Position numbers and translations under genes: made by a program
IMG/VR virus record: IMGVR_UViG_2880987659_000002
Span: 29 to 64,028 of that record
Length of the DNA: 64,000 nucleotides
Reading direction: 5' to 3' (one strand)
Origin: a virus
Taxonomy: Duplodnaviria > Caudoviricetes
Notes under the pieces: generated by a model
Database searches by the model: none
Seen by the model: only the letters and a program-made list of their open reading frames with translations
What the model was told of the DNA's origin: nothing
Part shown: positions 44,783 to 53,876 of the stretch, in pieces
Layout: every line of letters begins with the position of its first letter
How positions within the stretch are numbered: position 1 is the stretch's first letter

Positions 44783-46138
44783 TCATCGTCCCCGGAATAG
44801 ATTGAGGCGCCTATGCGCGATGAGCGGCCCGTAGCCGAACGCCTGGGACGGCCGGATGATGGGCGACGGCGCCACCGTGGCGCCGGCCGGCTCGACCGCG
44901 TCGCCGGCGGCGTTGATGGCCAGGAACATGGCCCAGGTGCGGTCGGCATGGTCTTCGTCGCGCTCGGCCACGAAGCGCGGGGTGCCGGTCGGCCCGGACA
45001 CCTTGCGGAGCTTGTGCAGGTCGGAGCGCAACGGGACGTCACCCTCGCGGATCCGCACGGTGCGATCCTCGAACCGCTGCTTTCCGGCCGTGGCCATGAC
45101 CAGCTTGGTGGATCCGGAGAACAGCACCCCCTCGACCCGGCTCGCGCCGTAGCGACGCTGTGCGTCCTCGACAGGCTTTTCACCCATTCCGGTCTGGTCC
45201 ATGCAGATCCGGCCGACGCGATAGCGGCGCACAACCTCGTCCAGGGCCATGTCCTGCGACGCGAAGGTGGCCCGCTTCAGCTCGATGCGCTCACGGTCCC
45301 ACAGGACGTCGCCGATCTCCTCCAGAACCTGGATCACGAACAGGTCGTTCCGCCGGCCGATATCGACGCCGAGGTAGCAGACGCCGCCCTGATAGCCGTC
45401 CGGATGTCCGGCGTGCTCGTCCTCGCAGGAGGAGATCAGGTCGTAGGACAGCCAGGCCGACGCCTCGTCCAGGTACTTCAGCTCGTATTCCTGCGCCCAC
45501 GCATCTTCGTCAGCGATGCCGGCCCGCAGCTCGGCGATGTTGCGCGGCAGTCCGTCTGCCACGGCCTGGTAGATATCGACCACATGGCGCGACCAGATAT
45601 GGTCACTCGCTGTGTCCAACTCGTAGAACTTTCCCGCTTTCCCGTTCGTCGTGGACGTGGCACGCAAATCCAAACCGGCCGAGATGACGGGAAACAGGGC
45701 CTTCCAGATCGCAATGGAGTCCCTGTGAAAGGCGAACTCATCCAGGAAGACATTGGCTGAGAAGCCGCGCGCCGTATCGGGATTAGCGGGCAGCGCAGTA
45801 ATCTTCGACCCATGCGGGAGCGTCACCTCCAGGGCGCGGTATGAGCCCAAGTCGCCTCTCCAGTCGAATTCCTGGGCCTCGAACCCGAGCTTATAGGCGG
45901 CGGCGTGGCGCTTGATGCCCTCGTTCATAGCCTCAGCCGCTTGGCGTTCGCCGCGCGACAGGATCACCCACCGCCGCCGTTTTTCGAGAACGGCCGCCTC
46001 GAAACAATCGTCAACGATCTCCAGCGTGGTGGTGAACGTCTTGCCTGTCTGGCGTGCGAACTTGCCGAGTTTGAACCGCGAGCGATCCCTGAACCACCGC
46101 CGCTGATAATCGTACAGCGGGACCGCCGGCGCCTTCAT
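44783..46138 (-). CDS. terL: Terminase large subunit (Mu gp28-like)
   Basis: LYDYQ, ARQTGKTF, NPDTARG, LDEFAFH, GVDIGR..D, HADRTWA. Confidence 0.93.
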   Translation of the reverse strand: MKAPAVPLYDYQRRWFRDRSRFKLGKFARQTGKTFTTTLEIVDDCFEAAVLEKRRRWVILSRGERQAAEAMNEGIKRHAAAYKLGFEAQEFDWRGDLGSYRALEVTLPHGSKITALPANPDTARGFSANVFLDEFAFHRDSIAIWKALFPVISAGLDLRATSTTNGKAGKFYELDTASDHIWSRHVVDIYQAVADGLPRNIAELRAGIADEDAWAQEYELKYLDEASAWLSYDLISSCEDEHAGHPDGYQGGVCYLGVDIGRRNDLFVIQVLEEIGDVLWDRERIELKRATFASQDMALDEVVRRYRVGRICMDQTGMGEKPVEDAQRRYGASRVEGVLFSGSTKLVMATAGKQRFEDRTVRIREGDVPLRSDLHKLRKVSGPTGTPRFVAERDEDHADRTWAMFLAINAAGDAVEPAGATVAPSPIIRPSQAFGYGPLIAHRRLNLFRGR

Positions 46139-46686
46139 CGCTCATAGATCCCGTAAATGTCCTCGCGCACCCGGCGCAGGACTTCCATGGGGTCCATGGG
46201 GGTGGCGGCGCCGGCCACCTCGTCGGCGATCGCCTCGACCTTCTTGCGCGTTTCCTCGGCCAGGTGGCGCTTGAGGTTGATGATGCGGTCTTGGTCGGCC
46301 TTGGAGGCGGACGCCAGATTGCGCATGGTCTCCGACAGCAGCTTGGCGGACTTGGGATCGAGCGTGACCGCCTCGCCGTCCTCGCCCGCCATCAGCTCCA
46401 TGACGCTGGCGTGCAACGTCGCGATGTTGAGGCGGGCGACGCGATCGTCCCCACCATCCTCCATGCGGGCCATGATGGATTCGGCGGCGGCGCGGCTGTT
46501 GTGCAGACGCTCGCGCATGGCGTCGAACCGCTTGATGTAGTCCCCGAGGCCGGAGCGGCCGACATCCGCGTCCAGCTCGCGCAGCTTGGAGAGGATCTGG
46601 TCGATGGTGCAGCCGCCCTCACGCAGCCTGCCGATCATGTCGCGCAGCTCGGCGGGGAGCTTGTCCACCTTGGACGGGCGCGCCAT
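46135..46686 (-). CDS. DUF3486 / Mu gp27-like protein (putative terminase small subunit)
   Basis: MARPSKVDKLP, VGRSGLGDY. Confidence 0.85.
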   Translation of the reverse strand: MARPSKVDKLPAELRDMIGRLREGGCTIDQILSKLRELDADVGRSGLGDYIKRFDAMRERLHNSRAAAESIMARMEDGGDDRVARLNIATLHASVMELMAGEDGEAVTLDPKSAKLLSETMRNLASASKADQDRIINLKRHLAEETRKKVEAIADEVAGAATPMDPMEVLRRVREDIYGIYER

Positions 46687-46994
46687 CAGGCGACGTCCGG
46701 ATATTCGACGCCGTCCACCGGATCGACGCGCCGCTCCAGATAGGACACTCCGCGAAGCGTGATCGTGAGGGTGCGGACCTTGCCTTGATAATATTCCACG
46801 GTGGCAAGGCCCGCCGCCTGGAGCGCCAGAGCGTCGCTATGCAAGCCTTCATCGCTCGCATTGCGCCCGCGAAACCCGAGCTGGTGGAGGCAAACGCGCA
46901 GCACGCTTTCGTTGGCGCTGCCCTCGTTTTCCCGGACCACCCGCAGCGTGGCGAGGCGGCGGGACTTCGTCACATGGTCCACATAGTCGCCCAT
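46686..46994 (-). CDS. Mu gp26-like winged-helix protein
   Basis: RRLATLRVVRE..ANESVL, ITLRG..VDGV; conserved position. Confidence 0.7.
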   Translation of the reverse strand: MGDYVDHVTKSRRLATLRVVRENEGSANESVLRVCLHQLGFRGRNASDEGLHSDALALQAAGLATVEYYQGKVRTLTITLRGVSYLERRVDPVDGVEYPDVA

Positions 46995-46997
46995 CGC

Positions 46998-47369
46998 TCA
47001 CGACGCCTTCTTGTTCATGAGATGGTCTTCGACACGCGTGATCGCTCGGCCGACGCTCACCATCTCGCGCTGAGATGCCTCGACTGTGGTGACGACCCGT
47101 GTCAGCTCGTTCCGGATGTCCGCGAAATCGTCGGCGGTGGGCAGGTGGCGGACTTCCTGCTCGATGGAGCGCAGGCGCGCGTCGACTGCGGAGATCTCCG
47201 CCATCATGTCGGCGTGCACCTTGCCGATGGCCTCGCCGCGTGCTCGTACCTCTGCGTCCAGCGCGTCCTTGCTGGCGAGGCCCTTGCGCACGGCCCAGCC
47301 CACAAAGCCAATGGCCATCGGCAACGCCAAGGCGATGACCACCCACCATTCCTTCAGCCAGATAGGCAT
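46998..47369 (-). CDS. DUF2730 / Mu gp25-like membrane protein
   Basis: One N-terminal TM segment, coiled coil, HLPT motif. Confidence 0.75.
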   Translation of the reverse strand: MPIWLKEWWVVIALALPMAIGFVGWAVRKGLASKDALDAEVRARGEAIGKVHADMMAEISAVDARLRSIEQEVRHLPTADDFADIRNELTRVVTTVEASQREMVSVGRAITRVEDHLMNKKAS

Positions 47370-47648
47370 TTACCGCCACCCCTTCCGAAGATCCTCGTAC
47401 CAGGCCGCCAATCGCTGCCCGCACCCCCGCACCGCCGCCTGGATGCGCCGGTCCTCTTTCCAACCCCGCTCCACATCGCCCACCGACAAGGCCCGCTCCG
47501 GCACCTCCGCAGGCGCGCGGGCGAGGCACGCGCGCAGGTCCGCCGGCGGCGGCGGGAGCCCGGCCGAGGGCGCGGCCCTATCGGACGGTCCGCACGCGGC
47601 CAGCAGCAGCACGGTCAAGGCAAGCGGCATCATTCGGAGGCGTTTCAT
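47370..47648 (-). CDS. o-spanin (Rz1-like lipoprotein)
   Basis: MKRLRMMPLALTVLLLAAC lipobox, Pro-rich; overlaps the i-spanin 3' end. Confidence 0.8.
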   Translation of the reverse strand: MKRLRMMPLALTVLLLAACGPSDRAAPSAGLPPPPADLRACLARAPAEVPERALSVGDVERGWKEDRRIQAAVRGCGQRLAAWYEDLRKGWR

Positions 47649-47901
47649 TGACGGCTTTCTGGTTCCGGAGATCCGGGGTTTGAAGCTCGACGGCCCGGAC
47701 GGCATCCGCCGCCAGGGCCGTATCAATGGTGGCGAGGCGCTGGCCGAGCACCTGCACCTCGACGCGCAGCGCATCGGCGTCGCAGCGCAGGCGGGCGGCG
47801 CTGGAGCCGGCCACATGGCCGCCCAGCCAGCCGGCGCCCAGGGAGAGCGCCGCCACCAGCCACACGGCGGGCTGAAACAGGACGGACCAGGGAAAAGTCA
47901 T
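47578..47901 (-). CDS. i-spanin (Rz-like)
   Basis: N-terminal TM, coiled coil, C-terminal Cys; follows the endolysin. Confidence 0.75.
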   Translation of the reverse strand: MTFPWSVLFQPAVWLVAALSLGAGWLGGHVAGSSAARLRCDADALRVEVQVLGQRLATIDTALAADAVRAVELQTPDLRNQKAVNETPPNDAACLDRAAAGRVRTVR

Positions 47902-49004
47902 GCGATCCGCCCGGAGACCTCGTCCGCCAGCCGGCGACGGATCACCTGGCCGTAGAGCAGCCAGAGCGCCACGGCGGCGGCAATGAGGGCGATGGGCCAG
48001 GCCGAAATCAGCCAGCCGCCAAGATCCGCGATCCCGTCCACCAGCGGCCGAACGCTCGCCACCTTGTCGAGGGCGCCTTTCATGCCATCCAGCGCTCCGA
48101 GCTTGTCCAAGGCGCCGCCGCCTCCGAACAGGCCGACGCCCCACGCCACGATGCGCCCCTTGTCGGCCGCCGCCACCGTCTGCGAGCCCTGCTTGCGCAG
48201 ATCCTGGACGGTGGTGTCGGCCCGCGCCGGGGCGACGGGCATGGGCTTGAGGCTCGCATCGGCCAAACGGTCGCGGGTCGCGTCGTCATAGTCGCCACTG
48301 ACGGGCAAGCCCTGCCACGACTGGAAGGTGGAGACGGCACCCGTGGTCTTGTTGCCCCAGATCCCGTCTACCTTGCCGGGCCAGATATTGAGGGCGATCA
48401 ACCGCCGCTGGACGGCCTCAACCTCATAAGGCGCAAGCTTGGTGTGGTTGGGAGCCAGCTCGTCCACGACGATGGTGCCTTGCTTCCCCCGCAAGGGCGC
48501 GCCTGCCAGTGCCAGGCGCTTGGGCTCGGCGCGCGTTCGGGCCGCCTGGAAATGCATGCCGTCCGGGCGGCTCCAGTGGCCGCCCCATTCCCAGCCCTCG
48601 ACCTCGAACGCGGCGATGACACGCTTGTCCATGGCCGGCGTCTTGTCGCCGAGCCCGTTGCGGTCGGGGTCGAAATCCAGGGCGCATCCGTAGGAATGCA
48701 TGGAGGTGGACTTGCCGCCGCGCATGTCGCGGATCTCGAACGATCCGCCATAGGTGGACATGCCGATCCGGTCGATCTCGGCCTGAGACCGGCCGACCGC
48801 GTCCCAAATGGCGTCCAGCACCCGCTTCAAGCTGAAGGCGCATTTGTGGTGGATACGGATGCCTTTGACGGGCTTGCCCTCGTAGCGCAGCACCCAGGGG
48901 CACTTGATCACCACAAGGTTGCTCGCCTCCCAGCCCCTGCTGGTGGGCGAACCGTAGAAAGCAAGGCAATCCTTTTGCAGCGGCCACTGCGCGAACGGGG
49001 ACAT
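47898..49004 (-). CDS. Endolysin: M15 peptidase, peptidoglycan-binding domain and C-terminal hydrophobic segments
   Basis: SMHSYGCALDFD, WGGHW..DGMHFQ, VQRRL..GKVDGIWG..T. Confidence 0.9.
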   Translation of the reverse strand: MSPFAQWPLQKDCLAFYGSPTSRGWEASNLVVIKCPWVLRYEGKPVKGIRIHHKCAFSLKRVLDAIWDAVGRSQAEIDRIGMSTYGGSFEIRDMRGGKSTSMHSYGCALDFDPDRNGLGDKTPAMDKRVIAAFEVEGWEWGGHWSRPDGMHFQAARTRAEPKRLALAGAPLRGKQGTIVVDELAPNHTKLAPYEVEAVQRRLIALNIWPGKVDGIWGNKTTGAVSTFQSWQGLPVSGDYDDATRDRLADASLKPMPVAPARADTTVQDLRKQGSQTVAAADKGRIVAWGVGLFGGGGALDKLGALDGMKGALDKVASVRPLVDGIADLGGWLISAWPIALIAAAVALWLLYGQVIRRRLADEVSGRIA

Positions 49005-49090
49005 GGGCACGACGCTCCGGGGAGAATGGTGCCGTCAGCTTCGCAGCGTCAAAGCCTCAATGATGTTCGCAAGGACCTGTGCCCGACCGA

Positions 49091-49471
49091 TCAGCCGATG
49101 GGCAATTGGAGCTGGGCGCGGTCCGCCCGCTCCTGGGCGAGCCAGTCCCGGACAGAGACGTCCGCCACATGCAGCTCGCGGGCGATCTCCTGGATCGTCC
49201 GCCGCTGTGCAAACCGCACTTTGGCGATCCATGGTTTCGCGGTCGGCACCCGCGCAATGCGGCCCTGGATCTCCTGTGACAGGGCGCGGATCCCGTCCTC
49301 TCCGATCACGTCGCGCATAGTGCTGACGCGCTCGGGGTTGCCGGCCACATAGGCGGCCGCTCCCCCAAAGGCGAGCAGAAACCGCACCGCCCCGTCAACC
49401 CCCAGCGCGCGGACATAGGGCGCCACCTGGGCGGGGATCTCGACGTCCAGGAGGGGCGTGGCGTCAGTCAC
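49091..49471 (-). CDS. mor: Mor/C-family transcription activator
   Basis: LGVDGAVRFLLAFGG, IGEDGIRAL, C-terminal HTH TIQEIARELHVADVSVRDW. Confidence 0.75.
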   Translation of the reverse strand: MTDATPLLDVEIPAQVAPYVRALGVDGAVRFLLAFGGAAAYVAGNPERVSTMRDVIGEDGIRALSQEIQGRIARVPTAKPWIAKVRFAQRRTIQEIARELHVADVSVRDWLAQERADRAQLQLPIG

Positions 49472-49718
49472 GATCCGCCTCCATCTGACGCGCCTCGGCA
49501 TCGCTGGAACGCTCGCCGGGGAGCACCGTCACCACCTTGCCGCCCCGAAAGATGTAGCGGTGCCCCTCGCTGATCAGCCCGGCCGCACCGGCGGCCACCG
49601 CATGGCGCACCCGGTGAGCGATGTGCAGGCGGACCGCCTCGACATCGATGCCGTGCACGCGCTCAACCTCGCGCAGCACCGCATGGTCCGTGACAATGGG
49701 GAGCGGGGGGCGGCTCAT
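49464..49718 (-). CDS. Hypothetical phage protein
   Basis: VTDHAVLR.VERVHGIDVE..VVTVL; coupled gene. Confidence 0.7.
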   Translation of the reverse strand: MSRPPLPIVTDHAVLREVERVHGIDVEAVRLHIAHRVRHAVAAGAAGLISEGHRYIFRGGKVVTVLPGERSSDAEARQMEADRD

Positions 49719-50032
49719 TTGCCATCCCGCTCATAGGTCAGCAGCAGCGGGTGCGGGGCAGCTGGCAGGCTTTGGCGGCTCTTCCGTGCAGTTCCGCGCA
49801 CCTGGCGCTCAGCCGCACGCTGCGCCCGTTCCTCGGCCTCGGCTGCCTTCGTAGCCTTTTCCACCTGGTCCTGCTCGGCACGGATCTCTTCGATCTGGCG
49901 CATAAGCCAGCCAAGCGCACGCGCGTCTTCAACCTCGATCTCAAGGGAGATGACGGCACCGCCCTTGGCGCGGGTCTTCACCGCATAGGTCTTCAGCCGC
50001 GCATCGCTAGTGTCCCAATGGATGATGCTCAT
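49715..50032 (-). CDS. Hypothetical phage protein
   Basis: ATGA-coupled at both ends. Confidence 0.6.
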   Translation of the reverse strand: MSIIHWDTSDARLKTYAVKTRAKGGAVISLEIEVEDARALGWLMRQIEEIRAEQDQVEKATKAAEAEERAQRAAERQVRGTARKSRQSLPAAPHPLLLTYERDGK

Positions 50033-50322
50033 TTCGCCCGCCTCCGCTTCGTTGCCACCGGCGCCGGCTCGCCCAACGCTTCCCGCAGGTCCACGAGCCA
50101 CGTCTCCGCGAGCGCGCGACCCTCGTCGGCCGAGGCGACGCGGCGCGACAGGCGCGTCCCGCTGCAACTGTCCACCGTGAGCACCCACTTGCGGGAGATG
50201 CCGGACAGCAGGATCCGCGCCTCGGCACCGCACGGCGCGGTGCTGCGCCAGATGCCATCCTTCTCCTGCCGCCAGCCGCGAAAGGCAGGCGGCGCCTCCT
50301 TAAAGGGGGTTTCAACGGTCAT
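50029..50322 (-). CDS. Hypothetical phage protein
   Basis: ATGA-coupled at both ends. Confidence 0.55.
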   Translation of the reverse strand: MTVETPFKEAPPAFRGWRQEKDGIWRSTAPCGAEARILLSGISRKWVLTVDSCSGTRLSRRVASADEGRALAETWLVDLREALGEPAPVATKRRRAK

Positions 50323-50936
50323 TTCCGCCCCCTTAAAGCGCGCCTCAACGCGGCCCCACGGGCGGCGATATCGGCGTCCAGCTCGGCCGCGGTGAGGCGG
50401 GCGTCGGGCGCCTCGTCCACCAGCGGGAAGCCTGCCGCGATCAGGCGCCGGGTCTGCGCCCGGTGCACCGCGCGCTTGGACAAGAGCACGTCTTGCGAGG
50501 CCGGCCATTCGACGCCGGCGGTGCGCTCCAGCCAGGATTTCAGCGCCTCGATCACCTTGCGCGCGTCGGCGGCCGAGACGAGCCAGCGCTCGCTATCCAG
50601 CCCCGTCTGGCGCTTGACGAATGCGATCAGCGCCCGGTCGGTGCGATCGTCAACAACAGCCAGGTTATAGGCCGAAAGCCAGAGCGCCCGGAGCAACGGC
50701 GCCCATTTGCCGGTCAGCTCCTTCGCACCTTTGGACGGCCGGGGCGCGTCAGCGGCGCCGCCCTGGATCTCCCTGAGACGGTTGATCACCCGGATGGCCT
50801 CGCCGGCCGACAGCTCCCGCGCGCTGCGCTTGCCGGCCGTGGTGGCCATCAGGTCGCGGCGCTCGGCCTCCGACATGCCGATGGCCTTGCTGATCGTGTG
50901 GATGGCGCCGATCTGCGCCGCGCTGGCGCCGGTCAC
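50319..50936 (-). CDS. gemA: GemA (Mu gp16, DUF1018) family protein
   Basis: IHTISKAIGMSE..RRDL..GKRSARELS, LRALWLS, ALIAFVKRQTG, VIEALKSW. Confidence 0.85.
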   Translation of the reverse strand: MTGASAAQIGAIHTISKAIGMSEAERRDLMATTAGKRSARELSAGEAIRVINRLREIQGGAADAPRPSKGAKELTGKWAPLLRALWLSAYNLAVVDDRTDRALIAFVKRQTGLDSERWLVSAADARKVIEALKSWLERTAGVEWPASQDVLLSKRAVHRAQTRRLIAAGFPLVDEAPDARLTAAELDADIAARGAALRRALRGRK

Positions 50937-51718
50937 GCGGCCACCGGGAGCGTCGTCGGCAAGTTGTCGATGTTCTCGGGGTACGGCACAAAGCTGTAAG
51001 CGAACACCCAGGGGTTCGCGTCCCAGGCGTCGGCGCCGTTGATGCTGTCCCAAAGGTCGGCGTACCAATCGCGGGCGCAATCCCACCCGCGTTGACCAAT
51101 GCCGCTCGGGTCGGGTTCCTCGGCCGGGAAGAACCCACCGACGTCATCACGCAATCCGCGCATGCAGCCCTCGGCCCATGCATCGGCCTCGCTGATGTCC
51201 TGGAGGCGCTCCACCCGCACCTCGGTGACGTACAGCGTGAGGCGTGAGGCCCAGCGCGGCATGTGGATCGAGACGCGGTCCTTGATCCCCCGCCGCTCGT
51301 CGGTCGCCCCGTAACGGATACCGCACCAATCGGGCTTGCCGTCCGGGTTGATGTCCCGTGGCTTCACGTTGTCGTAGATCGTGCTGACGGCCCAGGTCTC
51401 GCGGATAAAGAGGCGGTCACCGGGAGCAATGGCCGGGCGGCCTCGACCCTGCACTGCGACGGCCATCGAGTTGATGCCACCGGGCTCCGCGAGCCAAGAG
51501 AAGGCGCCTTCTATCCAGCGGAAGTCTCGCGCCCCGTTCAGCGCCGAGGCGAGCGTGTCGGTATCCGGGCGGTGAAACCGGAAGTCGTGGCCGAGCAGCT
51601 TGAAGTTATGGGGCGTGATCAGCCGGCGTGTCTGCGTCTTGCCGGTGCCGGGCTGCTCGATCTCCCGGAGGATGGCGCGCACCATTGGGGCGCTCATGAG
51701 GATGGGGTGGTCGGCCAT
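50933..51718 (-). CDS. Conserved phage protein (ASCH-like)
   Basis: ILMSAPMVRAIL..KTQTRR, GDRLFIRETW, SIHMPRWASRLTL.VTEVRVERLQDIS, NPWV. Confidence 0.8.
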   Translation of the reverse strand: MADHPILMSAPMVRAILREIEQPGTGKTQTRRLITPHNFKLLGHDFRFHRPDTDTLASALNGARDFRWIEGAFSWLAEPGGINSMAVAVQGRGRPAIAPGDRLFIRETWAVSTIYDNVKPRDINPDGKPDWCGIRYGATDERRGIKDRVSIHMPRWASRLTLYVTEVRVERLQDISEADAWAEGCMRGLRDDVGGFFPAEEPDPSGIGQRGWDCARDWYADLWDSINGADAWDANPWVFAYSFVPYPENIDNLPTTLPVAA

Positions 51719-52071
51719 CAGTGCACCGCCCCCTCGGCCGCCGCTGCTGGGGCTGCCGGTATCGCCGGAATACCGAGCTGCTGAAGGATCAGCGAGTTGT
51801 GACCATGCTTCCGTGCACGCTCCATCACCGCGAACATCAGGCCATCTACACTTCCGCCAGATCGGGCAGCAGTCATCACCAGATCGAATGATGAACTCCG
51901 ATTGGGCGCACCCACAGCGGTGAGACCGCCCTTGGTCGGCTCGTATTCGACGAGCGCAACGATGCTCATGCCCTTGGCTTCGCAGTCTTTAGCGATCTGA
52001 GCCAAGGCAGGGGCGATGTGCTCCAGAAAGTACCGCTGGGCGTCGGAACCCTTGCTTTCCTCGTTGCTCAT
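51718..52071 (-). CDS. Hypothetical phage protein
   Basis: Coupled gene with a GAGGG RBS. Confidence 0.65.
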   Translation of the reverse strand: MSNEESKGSDAQRYFLEHIAPALAQIAKDCEAKGMSIVALVEYEPTKGGLTAVGAPNRSSSFDLVMTAARSGGSVDGLMFAVMERARKHGHNSLILQQLGIPAIPAAPAAAAEGAVH

Positions 52072-52072
52072 G

Positions 52073-52339
52073 TCAGTCCCTCATCAATATCCGGTCGCGA
52101 CGGGCGACCTCCGGGTCCGTGGTGGGCTCTGTCTCGGCCTCGGCCTGCAGCAGCAGCTCGGTGACGATGCGCAGCCGGACCAGCAGCGCCTGGTGGCGGT
52201 GCGACCGCCACCGATGGGAGTGTTCCAGGCGGGCCAGCAGGTCCGCCCGCTCGGCCCGCAGCGCCGCCGCCGACCGCCCTGCGCCCCAGCCCAGGAGCGG
52301 TGCGGCGGAAATGGCGGGGGCGCGGCGGGCCATGGTCAT
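52073..52339 (-). CDS. Hypothetical phage protein
   Basis: ATGA-coupled to MT-A70. Confidence 0.55.
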   Translation of the reverse strand: MTMARRAPAISAAPLLGWGAGRSAAALRAERADLLARLEHSHRWRSHRHQALLVRLRIVTELLLQAEAETEPTTDPEVARRDRILMRD

Positions 52340-52977
52340 GGCGCCAGGAAAAGGGACGGCTGGGCCTCGGATGCCGGCGGCACCGGCGGCGCGATGCGCG
52401 GCACCGCATGGGCGCCCCGATGGGGCCGTCCCCAGGTGTCGTGACCAGGCCACGGATCGACCGCGAAAAGCTCCGCCGCGAAGCAATCCGGCCGGAGCCG
52501 CAGGAGCTTTTCCCGTGCTTCAACGGGCTTTTCAGAGTGCTCGCCGCGCACCGCCTCGATCAGGTTCCGCTCACTGCGCGAGCCGATTTTGGGATTGCCG
52601 ATCGTGCCGATCAGCCACGGCTCGGTGGTCGAGCGCAGGATGTAGCCGGTCCCGAACGCACGCTTCCCGTGGCGGGTGAGCTTCGTCCAGGAGCCGCCCG
52701 TTTTATAGGTAAAGCCCCAGGCGGCCATGACGCGCAGCGCGCTCGGCAGCTTCGGCCAGATCGCCCACATGAACAGGAGGCAGTCACCACTGGCGAGGAG
52801 ATGCACGGGCAGCGCCGCGATCTCGTCGTCCGACATGGTGTCGTAATGGGCCTCGGGCGATTTCTCGTAACCCCCCTCGCCATACATCTCATATTGCCAC
52901 GGCGGATCCGCGAGCATGGCGCCATAGGCCATCATCCGCAGCGCGCCGAACGGCCAGGGGGCAGCGGGGAGGTTCAT
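52336..52977 (-). CDS. MT-A70 family adenine methyltransferase
   Basis: LADPPW, HYDTM, LFMW, WGFTYK, HSEKP, ELFA..GNE-equivalent WG. Confidence 0.9.
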   Translation of the reverse strand: MNLPAAPWPFGALRMMAYGAMLADPPWQYEMYGEGGYEKSPEAHYDTMSDDEIAALPVHLLASGDCLLFMWAIWPKLPSALRVMAAWGFTYKTGGSWTKLTRHGKRAFGTGYILRSTTEPWLIGTIGNPKIGSRSERNLIEAVRGEHSEKPVEAREKLLRLRPDCFAAELFAVDPWPGHDTWGRPHRGAHAVPRIAPPVPPASEAQPSLFLAP

Positions 52978-53876
52978 AGTCCGCACCCCGCATCACAGAC
53001 CATGAGCATGCCCTGGCCGGCTTCCTCGTCGGTGCGAAGATCCACCTGGTCGAGGGGAACCCCAGACCGATGGACGAACAGCTCGCCGCGTATCTTGCCG
53101 TGGCGGTGCATGCCCCGAACCATCGCATCAATGGCGACCGCGTCTGCCCATGCTGCAGGATCGTGGTCGCGCATCTCCCGCCATTCGCGATCGGTGCGAT
53201 AGGGGCAGAAGGTGCATGCGCTCTTGGCCGGCACGGGGTAGCCGTGCGCCCGGAGCCACTGCTCGCAGCCTGTCCGTGAAAACCCCTTCTCCAACAGGGG
53301 ATAGCGATTGACCGACCAGTTGTCCCACGAGGCACCGGCGCGAACCGTCTCGTCGGTGCTGATACCAATCCAGACTTCGACAGATGCATCCGGGATGCGC
53401 TGCCGAGGGCGGAAGCCGAGCAACTCGCGTTGCTTCTTCCGGATCGGGTCGATCTTGTAATCCTGAGTGCACTGCCTGTTGATCTGGCCGAGCCGCCCCT
53501 TCCCTGATTTCACGAAGAATGGCGGTCGCCCCGATGCGCCGTTGAGCCCCACCGAAGCGTCGACGATTTCTTGCCTCAGGCTCCCCGCAGATACGATATG
53601 GATCGGGAAGGGCAGGTTCAGGTTGTTCGACCGCAGCCAAGCGAGTTGGTCGTAGACGACGGCCGGCTCCGCGCCTGTGTCGGCGAAAATGGCGCAATCA
53701 GGTATCGGACCGATTTCGCCATGAGCAGCCATGAGCGCAAGCGTAGTGCTTTGAACGCCCGCGCCGAGCGAGAGCACCCGCAGTTTTGCTCCTTCGACGG
53801 GCCCCCAGGACCAGCCGCCACGGCGGATGCGAGGCGTCTTAGGCGCGGGCGAGGAGGTGAGGACTAGCGCATTCAT
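52974..53876 (-). CDS. PAPS-reductase-like (adenine nucleotide alpha-hydrolase) protein
   Basis: VLSLGAGVQST PP-loop, IFADTGAE, RQCT..YK, IGISTDE, YPL, SACTFCP. Confidence 0.8.
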   Translation of the reverse strand: MNALVLTSSPAPKTPRIRRGGWSWGPVEGAKLRVLSLGAGVQSTTLALMAAHGEIGPIPDCAIFADTGAEPAVVYDQLAWLRSNNLNLPFPIHIVSAGSLRQEIVDASVGLNGASGRPPFFVKSGKGRLGQINRQCTQDYKIDPIRKKQRELLGFRPRQRIPDASVEVWIGISTDETVRAGASWDNWSVNRYPLLEKGFSRTGCEQWLRAHGYPVPAKSACTFCPYRTDREWREMRDHDPAAWADAVAIDAMVRGMHRHGKIRGELFVHRSGVPLDQVDLRTDEEAGQGMLMVCDAGCGL

